DNA from: an uncultured Gammaproteobacteria bacterium
Lineage (GTDB): Bacteria; Patescibacteriota; Microgenomatia; UBA10105; UBA927
Reading direction: 5' to 3'
Length of the DNA: 64,000 bases
Assembly (NCBI GenBank): GCA_964596355.1
Contig: CAZQTD010000004.1
Span: forward strand, 1,183 to 65,182
Shown here piece by piece: positions 49,700-59,825 of the stretch (its first letter is position 1; each line of letters starts with the position of its first letter). The position numbers were made by a program, and so were the translations under genes. Below the pieces are notes generated by a model that saw only the letters and a program-made list of their open reading frames with translations, did not search any database and was not told the DNA's origin.

Positions 49700-50537
49700 A
49701 GATGTCTACAAGACCGTTATTGCCAAAAACTTTGCCCGCCCCTATGGCGATATGGGCTTTCATCAAAAGCAGTACTTCAAGCAGCCACTGTTCTATTATA
49801 GAACGATGCTTCCGGTAATAGTACCGAAGACCGCGGAATATATTAATCACCGGCGTTTTTTTTGTGCCGCTGCTGGCTGCTCCGGTATGAATAAACTGCG
49901 CACTCGGGCAGAACAGCACAGTATAGCCTTTTTGCCGCGCGCGGTAAAGAAAGTCGATCTCTTCCATGTACATAAAAATGCCTTCGTCAAACAGTCCAAC
50001 ATCTACAAAGTCTGCCTTGGCGCCCATGAGGCATGCGCCCGAGACCCACGCAACGCTCCTTTGACTCCTTGGGCTGTACCTGGTAATACAAAGACTGTCT
50101 CCTTTTAGAAACAGCATGGCAAATATCACGGGCAACACATAGTCTGGACCGCACGAGGCCTGCGGTGTACCGTCCTCGTTATATAGCTTTCCCCCGACGA
50201 ACGATCGGGAATGCGCTTTTACACACCCCAGTAGGTTTTGAATGCCGTCAGGCATCACCTTTGTATCTGAATTGAGAAGCAAAACATACGTTCCCTTGGC
50301 TTCACGGATTGCCTGATTATTAGCTTTCCCATAACCAGTATTTTCATTATTGAATATCTTTTTAACTCGAGGATATTTTTTATTCAATAGTTCCATTGTG
50401 CCATCTGTTGACGCGTTATCCACAATAATAATTTCGTACGAGATCTGCGAGCCTCGAAGCGTTTCTCTGATCGAAGATAGACACCGATCGAGAAGTGTTT
50501 TTGTATTAAAACTAGGAATTATAATGGAAAGATCCAT
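49671..50537 (-). CDS. GT2 glycosyltransferase (WbbL-like)
   Basis: VDNASTDGT, GYGKANN, LLNSD, WVSGAC, FMYMEE. Confidence 0.9.
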   Translation of the reverse strand: MDLSIIIPSFNTKTLLDRCLSSIRETLRGSQISYEIIIVDNASTDGTMELLNKKYPRVKKIFNNENTGYGKANNQAIREAKGTYVLLLNSDTKVMPDGIQNLLGCVKAHSRSFVGGKLYNEDGTPQASCGPDYVLPVIFAMLFLKGDSLCITRYSPRSQRSVAWVSGACLMGAKADFVDVGLFDEGIFMYMEEIDFLYRARQKGYTVLFCPSAQFIHTGAASSGTKKTPVINIFRGLRYYYRKHRSIIEQWLLEVLLLMKAHIAIGAGKVFGNNGLVDIYEQALQSDQ

Positions 50538-50541
50538 GGGG

Positions 50542-51141
50542 TTACTGAAACAGTCGGGCGAATGTCAGCGTATACCGCAAATCCTTTTGGCGATGACCGA
50601 TCGGTCTTGCCGGCACGCCCCCAACGATTGTGTAGGGATCGACATCTTTGGTGACCACGGCACCGCTTGCAACCACCGCGCCTCTTCCAATATGAACGCC
50701 GGGCAGGATCGTTACCCGCGTACCGATCACCGCATAGTCGTCTATGACCACCGGCGCGGCCACTTCCTTGAACAAGGGATCGTTAATGTCATGCTCCATC
50801 GTAAAAATGCGCACCTCTCCTGCGATCGATACGTTACTGCCGATGCGAAGAGGTCGGTTGGCAGGAGCGATAAAATCTTTGAGGTATCCCCATACTTTAT
50901 TCTCCCCTTTTGCCCATACTCTGTATGATCGGCCGTCCAGAAACGCGTCGTTGCCAATTACTGTGTTGCTGCCTATTTCAATGCCCGACGGTTTGTTAAA
51001 CCGCGCAAGCCAGTGGATTGACGAGTCCCGTCCGATTTTCATGCGAAATACATATCGATAGAGAATTCGGCGTATGGTATGTGACGGGATAAGCCCGGTT
51101 AACGTTGCTAAAAAAACCCAGAGGTCAATAAAAAGTCTCAT
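50542..51141 (-). CDS. Hexapeptide-repeat O-acyltransferase
   Basis: [28 protein letters not shown]. Confidence 0.9.
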   Translation of the reverse strand: MRLFIDLWVFLATLTGLIPSHTIRRILYRYVFRMKIGRDSSIHWLARFNKPSGIEIGSNTVIGNDAFLDGRSYRVWAKGENKVWGYLKDFIAPANRPLRIGSNVSIAGEVRIFTMEHDINDPLFKEVAAPVVIDDYAVIGTRVTILPGVHIGRGAVVASGAVVTKDVDPYTIVGGVPARPIGHRQKDLRYTLTFARLFQ

Positions 51142-51149
51142 AAAAAACA

Positions 51150-51197
51150 ATGGTTAGGTGGTTGAAGGGTCAGATGGTTAAAACCATTTAACCATTC
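51150..51197. repeat. Octamer tract at a gene junction: four ATGGTTAR-like units followed by two inverted units
   Basis: ATGGTTAG GTGGTTGA AGGGTCAG ATGGTTAA | AACCATTT AACCATTC. Confidence 0.65.
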
Positions 51198-52339
51198 TTC
51201 ATACCCCCCACTTCTTCCAAGACGCGCAATGTCTGCGCGGCAGCTTTTTCCCACGTAAATTTCTTCGTTTGCGCAAGGCCTTCTGCGATGCGCCGTTTCC
51301 CCTGCATGAGGTTTCGCTCCCGCACCGACGTCAGAAGACCCTTGCAGATACTCGACGGACTAGCTGGATCCACATAGATCCCGGCCCTGCCTGCTATTTC
51401 CGGCAAACTTGAAACGTCACTGACGACCACGGGACACTTGTGCGCCATTGCTTCCAGAACCGGCAGTCCAAATCCTTCGTAAAGACTGGGAAGGGCAAAC
51501 GCAAGCGCGTGGTCGTAGAGAACCGATAATTCTGCGTCCGGTATGTAGTGCAGAAATTTTACCCTGTCAGCAACGCCATATGCCTTGGGAGCCGCGAGAA
51601 TGTCTTCATAAAGCCATCCTCTTTTTCCAACAATCACAAGATCAATGCTTCCAAACTTCTGCTTGTTCTCTTTAAGGAACAAAGAGAATGCTTTAATAAG
51701 CCGCGCAAAGTTTTTGCGCGGCTGAAGCGTCCCCACGGAAAGGATATAGTGATTACTGATATGGTAGCGCTCAACGACCGCGGTGCATGCTGGACGCTCA
51801 CCATTGGTTTTCATAGACATTCCCGGATACGTTACCACCACCTTCGTTTCCGGCACGTGGTACGCTTTGAGTATAGCACGTCTGGTAAACTCACTGATCG
51901 TCAGCACCTTTTGGGCTGTTTGTATGGAATACCTTGATCCCCGAGTGAGCTGATGCAGGTCTTTTGATCGAAACAAGCGCGGGAAGAAAAGGAACGAAAG
52001 GTCCATAATCGATATGACGCGAGGAATACTGACAAATCTGGGTGCATAATGCGTCGGAGAAAATATAACATCCGCTTTAGGCGTATCTCGTATAAGCGCA
52101 AGCGGTAATCCCAAAAAGGTCCACAGCTTTGCCGGTTGCACCACCTTGTATTGCCACCAGTCCGTTTCGCGTGGCATATCGTGCAAGGGTGAGTTGGGGA
52201 GGTAAACTCGAAAAACGTGTTCTGGCTTGCTTTGTGAACCCACACATCCATACACAGAACACAAGATGTTATACGCGTACTGTCCTATACCAACGCGGTT
52301 TACTTGATTTGCTTCATACCCGTCAATCGCAATGATCAT
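51188..52339 (-). CDS. GT4 glycosyltransferase
   Basis: IAIDG, VGTLQPRKN, EGFGLPVLEAM. Confidence 0.93.
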   Translation of the reverse strand: MIIAIDGYEANQVNRVGIGQYAYNILCSVYGCVGSQSKPEHVFRVYLPNSPLHDMPRETDWWQYKVVQPAKLWTFLGLPLALIRDTPKADVIFSPTHYAPRFVSIPRVISIMDLSFLFFPRLFRSKDLHQLTRGSRYSIQTAQKVLTISEFTRRAILKAYHVPETKVVVTYPGMSMKTNGERPACTAVVERYHISNHYILSVGTLQPRKNFARLIKAFSLFLKENKQKFGSIDLVIVGKRGWLYEDILAAPKAYGVADRVKFLHYIPDAELSVLYDHALAFALPSLYEGFGLPVLEAMAHKCPVVVSDVSSLPEIAGRAGIYVDPASPSSICKGLLTSVRERNLMQGKRRIAEGLAQTKKFTWEKAAAQTLRVLEEVGGMKNG

Positions 52340-52878
52340 ATCCCCGGATATATTACATGGACCTTTGATGCATCGATGTGTAATGCGTCAACGACGTCGC
52401 GTTTTGATGCCTGCGAATCGCACAATATGCTGCTGCACTCGCGGCTGACCCACTTCATACGGCGTTTTTGCACGGCCAAAATCTTTTTGTGAAAGCTTGC
52501 CGGAAACCGCAGCACGGCAAGATCGTGAATGGTCGTAACTCCTTTGGCATTAGCAAGTGGTGGCTGCGTCCAGTCGCTGCTCCAAAAGACATCCACGCGG
52601 CCGATAAACCATTCAATAGGTATCACGTGCAGGATATTCCATAAAACATCAAGAACTGTCGGCGGAATCGGTACAACCTTAAGACGGACTCTGCGCGAAT
52701 TAGCTTTGAGTGTTCGATAATACGAAAAGTACTCGTTGCGCCTTCGAAGCGATGAGGCAAATAGCACGTAGTCATTGTTTGTGTCAATGGCAACAAGCGT
52801 CGCTACCAGCTTTTTAACATAGGTTGCCACGCCGGTGCCTTCATACACAATCTGACTAATGTCTATTCCTATTCTCAT
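52336..52878 (-). CDS. GT4 N-terminal (acceptor) domain only
   Basis: IGIDIS, GVATY, TIHDL; ends at VIYPGI* without an Ex7E domain; ATGA overlaps at both ends. Confidence 0.8.
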   Translation of the reverse strand: MRIGIDISQIVYEGTGVATYVKKLVATLVAIDTNNDYVLFASSLRRRNEYFSYYRTLKANSRRVRLKVVPIPPTVLDVLWNILHVIPIEWFIGRVDVFWSSDWTQPPLANAKGVTTIHDLAVLRFPASFHKKILAVQKRRMKWVSRECSSILCDSQASKRDVVDALHIDASKVHVIYPGI

Positions 52879-53861
52879 ACGTACCCCTCCGGATTCTCCT
52901 TGTGCCACTTCCAGGCTGTTTCAATAATCGTTGTGATGTCGGAGTATTGAGGTTTCCAGCCAAATTCTTTTTTCAATCTCGTCGGATCTGCTATGAGTGT
53001 ATGCGGGTCTCCTGCTCTGGGGCCCGCTTCTTTAACCAAAAAATCTACTCCGGTTATCCGTTTTACTTGAGCGACAACTTGACGGTTTGTCACGCCGGTG
53101 CCTGTTGCAACGTTATAGACGTCAGACGGATGGCCATGCATCAGCGCGTCAAGCGCCAAAAGGTGCGCGTCGCACAAATCCTCTACATGGATATAGTCTC
53201 GCACGCACGTCCCGTCGCTTGTGGGATACGTCGTGCCGTAGAGCATAAATTCCTTTTGCTTGCCGAGCGCGGTCTTGATGGCAAGGGGAATAATGTGTGT
53301 TTCAGGATTATGCGCTTCTCCGTGAGCGCCGTCAAGAGAAGCTCCTGCCGCATTAAAGTAGCGCAAACTTATGCTTCTAACATTGAAACTGCGATCAAAT
53401 ACCTTCAACAGCTCCTCAAAGCACCATTTTGAAAGCCCGTAGGGGCTTTCAGGATTCTTCGCATGATCCTCCGGTATAGGAACCTTCTGCGGATTGCCGT
53501 ACACGGCCGCTGTCGACGAAAAGATAATGGCATTAACATTGTGAGCGACCATGGACTGAAGGAGCGCAATAGGGCTAATAACGTTATTTTGAAAATATTT
53601 TTTGGGATCACGCACTGATTCCTCTACGAGCAAATAGCCGGCAAAGTGAATAACCGCATCAACCGTTGACGTGGAAAAAATTGAATCAATGAGCTGTTTG
53701 TCTGCGGTGTTGCCCACAACAAGCTTCGCCTTGGATGGTACGGCCTGTTTGTGTCCGTACTCCATCGAATCCAGAATGATCACCGTATCACCGCGGGCAA
53801 CAAGCATCCTGGCCATGTGGCTTCCGATGTAACCAGCTCCTCCTGTAACTAAAATCGTCAT
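52875..53861 (-). CDS. galE: UDP-glucose 4-epimerase
   Basis: GGAGYIGSH, FSSTAAVYG, YGLSK, LRYFNAAG, DGTCVRDYIHV. Confidence 0.95.
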   Translation of the reverse strand: MTILVTGGAGYIGSHMARMLVARGDTVIILDSMEYGHKQAVPSKAKLVVGNTADKQLIDSIFSTSTVDAVIHFAGYLLVEESVRDPKKYFQNNVISPIALLQSMVAHNVNAIIFSSTAAVYGNPQKVPIPEDHAKNPESPYGLSKWCFEELLKVFDRSFNVRSISLRYFNAAGASLDGAHGEAHNPETHIIPLAIKTALGKQKEFMLYGTTYPTSDGTCVRDYIHVEDLCDAHLLALDALMHGHPSDVYNVATGTGVTNRQVVAQVKRITGVDFLVKEAGPRAGDPHTLIADPTRLKKEFGWKPQYSDITTIIETAWKWHKENPEGYV

Positions 53862-54097
53862 ACGCTACCGCGGGTCATCCGCCGCCCTGCAGCGATTTGC
53901 CAGAGAACGAATACCAAGAAAAACGAAGCAGCGTACCACGTTAGGCGCGTGGCGGTAAAAAATATCCATGCAGCGAAAAGCGGCGCCGAAAAAGCAAGGC
54001 TTACTAGCCCGGCATACACAAACAACCGAGGTTTCTTGCCGACGATCAGTACGATGGTGCTGATGATAAAAGCTATGTCCTGAAGTTTCATAATCAT
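53858..54097 (-). CDS. Small hydrophobic membrane protein
   Basis: About 3 TM segments; overlaps both neighbouring genes. Confidence 0.7.
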   Translation of the reverse strand: MIMKLQDIAFIISTIVLIVGKKPRLFVYAGLVSLAFSAPLFAAWIFFTATRLTWYAASFFLVFVLWQIAAGRRMTRGSV

Positions 54098-55047
54098 AAA
54101 ACCTTTCGGTAATACTCGATGGTTTTTGTCAGCCCGTCATCGACAGATATCTTTGGCTCCCAGCCAAGCAGTTTTTTGGCTTTTGCAATGTTGGGTCGCC
54201 GCTTCGTCGGATCATCTTCAGGCAACGTGCCGTAAACTATCTCCGAGGTTGATCGTGCCATCGACGTAATTTTTTCCGCAAGGTCTATAACCCGATACTC
54301 CTCTGGATTCCCCAGATTTATGACTTCTCCTTTGGCGCAATCGGCAAACAGCAGTTTCACAATGCCGTCCACAAGATCAGAAACGTAACAAAACGACCGC
54401 GTCTGCGAGCCATCGCCGTACACGGTGATTGGTACACCTTCCAACGCTTGGTTTATAAAATTGGAAATGACCCGGCCGTCGGTTTTACGCATCCTGGGAC
54501 CATACGTATTAAATATCCTCATAATTCGGCAATCCAGATCGTACTTTCGTACATAGACCATCGTCATTGCTTCGCCAAATCGCTTGGACTCATCGTAGCA
54601 CGAACGCTTACCGTTTGGGTTAACGTTTCCCCAATACGCTTCCCTCTGCGGGTGCTCCTTGGGATCGCCGTACACCTCGCTCGTTGAAGCGTAGACGAAC
54701 CTCGCTTTCGTATTTTTGGCAAGCTCCAGCATGTTGATCGTCCCCAGCGAATTGACTCTCGCTGTTTCCTCCGGATACTTCTGGTAGTCAATGACGGACG
54801 CGGGAGAAGCCAAATGCAAAATGTATGACACATTGTTCCATTGTTCCATTGTTTCATTGTCAAAAGGCAAGGAAACATCGTGATTGATAAATGTAAAATT
54901 TGGATTCTTCTGTGCCTCCTTGAGGTTGTCACGGCTGCCGGTAATGAAGTTGTCTATCGCAACAACGCGATACTCCTGTGCAAGAAGGGCATCCACAACG
55001 TGTGATCCGATAAAACCCGCACCGCCGGTCACGATTGCTATTTTCAT
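54094..55047 (-). CDS. UDP-glucuronate decarboxylase (UDP-xylose synthase)-like SDR
   Basis: GGAGFIGSH, HLASPAS, STSEVYGDP, YWGNVNP, YDESKR, RIFNTYGP. The start may be 55053 or 55059. Confidence 0.9.
   Translation of the reverse strand: MKIAIVTGGAGFIGSHVVDALLAQEYRVVAIDNFITGSRDNLKEAQKNPNFTFINHDVSLPFDNETMEQWNNVSYILHLASPASVIDYQKYPEETARVNSLGTINMLELAKNTKARFVYASTSEVYGDPKEHPQREAYWGNVNPNGKRSCYDESKRFGEAMTMVYVRKYDLDCRIMRIFNTYGPRMRKTDGRVISNFINQALEGVPITVYGDGSQTRSFCYVSDLVDGIVKLLFADCAKGEVINLGNPEEYRVIDLAEKITSMARSTSEIVYGTLPEDDPTKRRPNIAKAKKLLGWEPKISVDDGLTKTIEYYRKVL
54831..54862. repeat. Octamer tandem tract (CATTGTTC, about 4 copies) inside the UDP-xylose synthase gene
   Basis: CATTGTTC CATTGTTC CATTGTTT CATTGTCA; encodes DNETMEQWNN. 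Confidence 0.8.
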
Positions 55048-55068
55048 ATCCATAGTCATTCTATCAAA

Positions 55069-56937
55069 TTACCGTACGCTAAACACCGTGTGCTTCTTAT
55101 CTTCGTACACGCGTGGGTACATCGCTTCCAGCGCGTCAACATCTACGGTGTACGGAAAATCAGTCTTTTCCCACCTCGGAACCACCACGTATGAAATGCC
55201 AATAGTTTTCGCCGCAACCGCGTCGCCGCCATAGACGCGCCGGACAGTGGGCGAACGGTCAGCCGCTCCCACGTTGCCAAAGAATCCGTAGAAGTTCTTC
55301 CTTCCGGCAATGACGACCGGATCGATCATATCCGCATACGATACAAACACGGCATCCGTTGGGGTATGATCCTTAATCCATGAAATCAGAGGCGCTGTAT
55401 CGGTTGCAACCAACGGGTACGCAAACTCATTTTTTATGACCATAAGATCCATTACACCAGAAGCTGTGAGAATAAACACCGCCAAGACGGCAATCGCTTG
55501 CATGATGCGCGATTTATTCTGCCACAACCAGCCTATCCCGACAGCGGCAACCGCGTTGGTGCCGATGATGAGAAACGACAAAAACTTCTGATCAAATCCG
55601 CGCGCCATGGCGCCTGCAAACACGCACTCCACAATAAAAAGAATGATAAAAGGCCATAGGTTGCGCCGCAGCAAGCGCGGCAGTACAATTATTCCGAGAA
55701 CAGCAACCAGCGGCAGTATTCCGAGATTGTGCCAGAAATACGACAACGCACTCCATCGTGGTATCGCGGTAGCTCCTGAAGAATTCCATCCGGTCAGACC
55801 CAGCATAAACGCTGGAACATCCTCTAAAAACGATACATATGGCACCAATGCCGCGCCCGTCACAACCACCACCACAGCAATAAACACCACCAGCCACTTC
55901 CACTTCTTGTGACATGCGCAGAGAAGTCCAAGCGACGCCGCGGTGACTGCAAAAACTCCCATATTCCAAAGAAAAAGAACACCTGCTATCACCGCATGGA
56001 GCGCAAAGGGCACAACGGACATCTTCTTTTCATCCACGAAGCGCGCCAGCACAATTATAAGAAATAGCCCCAGCGCGGCGGCAAACGCAAGGTGACGCTG
56101 ATTTACATAATTATTGAGCGTCATGAAAATCGAAATCACCGATCCGTCAAACGGCCCGGCAAACGGGTACGTCGGCAATGTCCAGATAGAGCGGATCAAT
56201 GACAGAGTAACACCTTTTTGAATAACCATGTGCCAAAACGAAAGCGTACTGTGCGTGATCGTCAAAAGGACGGCAACCCAGCCGACGACTGCCTTTTGCT
56301 TCGCAAGCATCTGCGGCAGGTAATAGACGACAATAAGGAGCGACGCGAACGATAGCGCGCTTGGGATATTCATTGCCCACACAATCGGCACGCCGAAATA
56401 TTCCCATATGGCGACAAAAAAATAAAAAGAGAAATGGTACAAAAACGGCAGTCCTGCCTGAAAAGGAGACGCAAACGGAATGTTGCCTCCCCATGAAAAT
56501 GAACGGACAATGCCAAGCGCGTGTCCAAAATCAAAGACGTTGTTGCTTCCGACGAATAATTGACCTGCCTCTCCGGCTCGAAAGGTTTTCGTCATGATCC
56601 ATGCGCTACATGCAAAAGAAAACACCACCATGGCCTTGTCACTCATTGAGAGATTGCCGTATCGAGCTAATTTCACATCCTTCGCAAGATACCGTGCGGT
56701 CAATACGGTTAGGATATAAAGAATCACGCCCCACGCAATGGGTTCGCGGGAAGAAGAAGCAGCGCACGCAAATACATACGTTGCCGGCACCCCGACGCCA
56801 ATGCCCGCCAACATCGAGCCGACGCGTGCCAGAAGCGCTGGCAATGAAGAATACCACTGCGCAACGATCATCAAGCCCGTCACATACAATGCAATAATGT
56901 ATGCGGCCAGAATAAAACTGTTGACTATGAGCGGCAT
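55069..56937 (-). CDS. Polytopic membrane protein, predicted GT-C fold
   Basis: More than 10 TMs, loop motif VFDFGHAL..FLYHF, C-terminal soluble domain WIKDHTPTDAVF. Confidence 0.65.
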   Translation of the reverse strand: MPLIVNSFILAAYIIALYVTGLMIVAQWYSSLPALLARVGSMLAGIGVGVPATYVFACAASSSREPIAWGVILYILTVLTARYLAKDVKLARYGNLSMSDKAMVVFSFACSAWIMTKTFRAGEAGQLFVGSNNVFDFGHALGIVRSFSWGGNIPFASPFQAGLPFLYHFSFYFFVAIWEYFGVPIVWAMNIPSALSFASLLIVVYYLPQMLAKQKAVVGWVAVLLTITHSTLSFWHMVIQKGVTLSLIRSIWTLPTYPFAGPFDGSVISIFMTLNNYVNQRHLAFAAALGLFLIIVLARFVDEKKMSVVPFALHAVIAGVLFLWNMGVFAVTAASLGLLCACHKKWKWLVVFIAVVVVVTGAALVPYVSFLEDVPAFMLGLTGWNSSGATAIPRWSALSYFWHNLGILPLVAVLGIIVLPRLLRRNLWPFIILFIVECVFAGAMARGFDQKFLSFLIIGTNAVAAVGIGWLWQNKSRIMQAIAVLAVFILTASGVMDLMVIKNEFAYPLVATDTAPLISWIKDHTPTDAVFVSYADMIDPVVIAGRKNFYGFFGNVGAADRSPTVRRVYGGDAVAAKTIGISYVVVPRWEKTDFPYTVDVDALEAMYPRVYEDKKHTVFSVR

Positions 56938-56938
56938 A

Positions 56939-58780
56939 TTATGTTCTTCGACATTTCAAACCCATAAGTGTACCGATCACAGCAAGCAGCGATGCCGCGC
57001 TGATATAAACGCCAATGGTCGCCCACTTGTCCTGTCTGACAGCTATCGCAGGAGTTTCTTCTTTCATGGTCCATTGAGTATTTTTGAAAACCGCAACATC
57101 TCCATAGCGATGATCTTCGATGAGCTTTGTTTTCCTCAATGCAAGTATCAATGAGTCGCGCTCCTTTGGATTAAAACGATAATCTGTAAGGAACATCCGC
57201 TTCTCCACATCTGTTGGCACGATTACATACCCGATGCCCGAATCGTCAAGCGTTTTCATAAAATCAGGTTTTTGCGTCTTTTCAATGATTGCCGATATCG
57301 ACGCGTTGTCAAACAACTGGTTAGACGTAAGCAAAGGGTGCGTTCCGGACCAAAAGGCAAATGCGTCTTCTCGGGGAATCCACAGCGTGCGGGACGGCTT
57401 GAGATCCGAAACAAGCATATCTTTCAAACGGACATACTCATCGGTAAGACGAAGCGGCCGAACGTTTCCCGCCACCTGACCTGTAAAAAGAGCGCGGAGA
57501 GTAAACAGCCAAAACACGAAAAAACCGGCATAAAGGAGTGCGTAAACCGCATTGCGTATGTTTTTGTGCCTGACGCGTGATGCGCGATACGCGACGCATA
57601 TCCGTTGACCTGCCTGATGAAGCGTGAACGGAATAAGCACCGAGTAACCAATTGCTGTGAATGCGTAGAACTTCGTCGGGTCGCGAAACAGGATAAATCC
57701 CGGGATGTGTTCAAACATGAACTGGAATATGCCGCCGAACGGTTCTTGTACTCCTTTGGCTAAAAACGCGCCCACAAGCGAAAGGAGGGCGAAATAAAGA
57801 ACGTGTTTTTTTTCAACTTGAAATATATTTTGTATATTTGCTATTTGACGTTTCCTGTAAGAAACAGCAAGAAGTGAACTATACGCGAGTATGGGCAACA
57901 TGAGGAATTCCGGCTGGAGAAAATACACTTTCCCGAACAGGTTTTCCGGCCAATTCGGGTGAAGCAGACTCAAGGAATGGGAAAAATCCGCAACGCTTAA
58001 AAACGTAAGCATGCCGGGGTTGGTAAATTCTTCTCCCAAAGATGACGCTCCTGCCCGCGTGAGGATCGCCGGCAGTATCCAAAACATGTGGATCGACAAT
58101 GCGACGAAAAGCGGGATTCCAAAGGTTGAAAGCATTATGTATAACGTATTGCGCATGTTCTCGTGACCAATACCTGCCTGACCCAAGTTGCGCCGAAGGA
58201 ATCCGTGGTACGCAACACTCACCATGCTATACAACAATAGTGCGCCCAGTATAAGATATGCGAATCGGAGGTCAAAAGCGATGAATAATGACAATAATAA
58301 ACCATTCTGCAGCGCATACCTGATACCTGATGCCTGATTCCAACTGCCAGTGTCAGCATCGCCGTGCCCGTCGACTAAATGAATAAACCGCCGCAAGACA
58401 AGCGGGGTCACGCTATATGCAAGTGCAACGCCGATTTGTCCTCCGGCAAATAAAAGCAGAATGTATGTATTTGTCGTATAGATCACTGAAGCAACAACTG
58501 CGGCAGCTTTACGTTTCAATACATGCCATCCAAGCGTGTAGGACGAACAGAACGATAGTATAAAAACAGACGCCCACAAAAGTTTGTCGATTGTCCACCA
58601 CGAACATCCCACGGATGAGAGCGCTTTTACGACCAACTCATACGGATAATCAAACCATAGGCGAATAAGGGAAGAAGTGCCAAATCCGTACTCCGAATGC
58701 CACACACGAGGCATCCACGAAAGCCCCGCGAGTTGTTCGGCAAAATAAAATCCTGCGTCACCGCTTGCAAAATACCACAT
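56939..58780 (-). CDS. AftD/DUF3367-like GT-C membrane protein
   Basis: SGD near the N-terminus, FWILP, FRDPTKF, extracellular domain and C-terminal TM. Confidence 0.6.
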   Translation of the reverse strand: MWYFASGDAGFYFAEQLAGLSWMPRVWHSEYGFGTSSLIRLWFDYPYELVVKALSSVGCSWWTIDKLLWASVFILSFCSSYTLGWHVLKRKAAAVVASVIYTTNTYILLLFAGGQIGVALAYSVTPLVLRRFIHLVDGHGDADTGSWNQASGIRYALQNGLLLSLFIAFDLRFAYLILGALLLYSMVSVAYHGFLRRNLGQAGIGHENMRNTLYIMLSTFGIPLFVALSIHMFWILPAILTRAGASSLGEEFTNPGMLTFLSVADFSHSLSLLHPNWPENLFGKVYFLQPEFLMLPILAYSSLLAVSYRKRQIANIQNIFQVEKKHVLYFALLSLVGAFLAKGVQEPFGGIFQFMFEHIPGFILFRDPTKFYAFTAIGYSVLIPFTLHQAGQRICVAYRASRVRHKNIRNAVYALLYAGFFVFWLFTLRALFTGQVAGNVRPLRLTDEYVRLKDMLVSDLKPSRTLWIPREDAFAFWSGTHPLLTSNQLFDNASISAIIEKTQKPDFMKTLDDSGIGYVIVPTDVEKRMFLTDYRFNPKERDSLILALRKTKLIEDHRYGDVAVFKNTQWTMKEETPAIAVRQDKWATIGVYISAASLLAVIGTLMGLKCRRT

Positions 58781-58784
58781 ATTG

Positions 58785-59744
58785 TCACGTCACCTTGGGA
58801 TAGACAAGCTTCTCGTTTCGGATGATGAAGGAAATTCCGGCGAAATTACCCTTAAGATACGCAAGCATCCAGTGCGCTTTTTGCAGGATAGAAACATTCC
58901 CCCGATACCATATCGCCTTATACCAATAAAACAGCATAAATACCCAAATCCAGATGAGAACAATCCCGAGCAATTGGATCTTTGTTGAATACAACGAATG
59001 AAAGATGATTCTGTTTCTTGCAAATACGTACGGCAGTCTGGCATCGTTCATAAAATGATCCATATAATCACCGGTGTCATGGTAGATAATCGCGTCTCTC
59101 ACTACCTTAACCGTATACCCTGCCTTTCTAATCCGATAAGCTAGGTCACTTTCTTCATACATGATGCCGAATTTTTCGCAAAACGATATCCCATGCGTCT
59201 TTATAACGCTTGCTCGCACCATGAAGGCGTTTGGCACATCCGGAGTTTCCCAATACTCATCATTCGCATACATTTGAAGATTATTCGGCAAATATGTCTT
59301 TGTCGTCCACATGTTTCTGATAGTCTGGATCCAAAATACCGTTTTCCTATCACGGAAACTTTTGTTGACGAGTCCTAATTCCCCTATTCCATCATCGCTC
59401 TCAAAGATACGAACCAAGTGCGCAATCGCATGGGCATCCAACACATTATCATCATCAACATAAAAAAGATATGCTCCTCTCGCTACTCTCGTACCAACGT
59501 TTCTGGCACCGGCTGCAAACAGATTTCTTTTATTTCTCACCACGCGCAACCGTCGGTAGCTGGCAAACGTCTTTTTAATCGCTTGATACGTGTTATCTGT
59601 CGACGCATCGTCAACGACAATTACTTCAATATGCTTGTATGTACTTTTCATAATGCTCTTTAGCAAACGTATCACCATTGTTTTGCGGTTATGTGTTGGA
59701 ATAATTATAGAAACCAGCGGTAATGTGGTATTGTCAGTTTTCAT
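58785..59744 (-). CDS. GT2 glycosyltransferase
   Basis: SIIIPTHNR, VDDASTD, YVDDD, YEESDL, RNR. Confidence 0.9.
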   Translation of the reverse strand: MKTDNTTLPLVSIIIPTHNRKTMVIRLLKSIMKSTYKHIEVIVVDDASTDNTYQAIKKTFASYRRLRVVRNKRNLFAAGARNVGTRVARGAYLFYVDDDNVLDAHAIAHLVRIFESDDGIGELGLVNKSFRDRKTVFWIQTIRNMWTTKTYLPNNLQMYANDEYWETPDVPNAFMVRASVIKTHGISFCEKFGIMYEESDLAYRIRKAGYTVKVVRDAIIYHDTGDYMDHFMNDARLPYVFARNRIIFHSLYSTKIQLLGIVLIWIWVFMLFYWYKAIWYRGNVSILQKAHWMLAYLKGNFAGISFIIRNEKLVYPKVT

Positions 59745-59825
59745 GACGCTTTATCGTGGTTTTGTATCCTCATATCCATTATCTACTCTCTCAATCGTCA
59801 GCATGCGTACGGTTGTAACATAGCG

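Noticed and set aside
49416-50108. 230-aa plus-strand ORF
   Set aside because: Antisense to two well-supported glycan genes.
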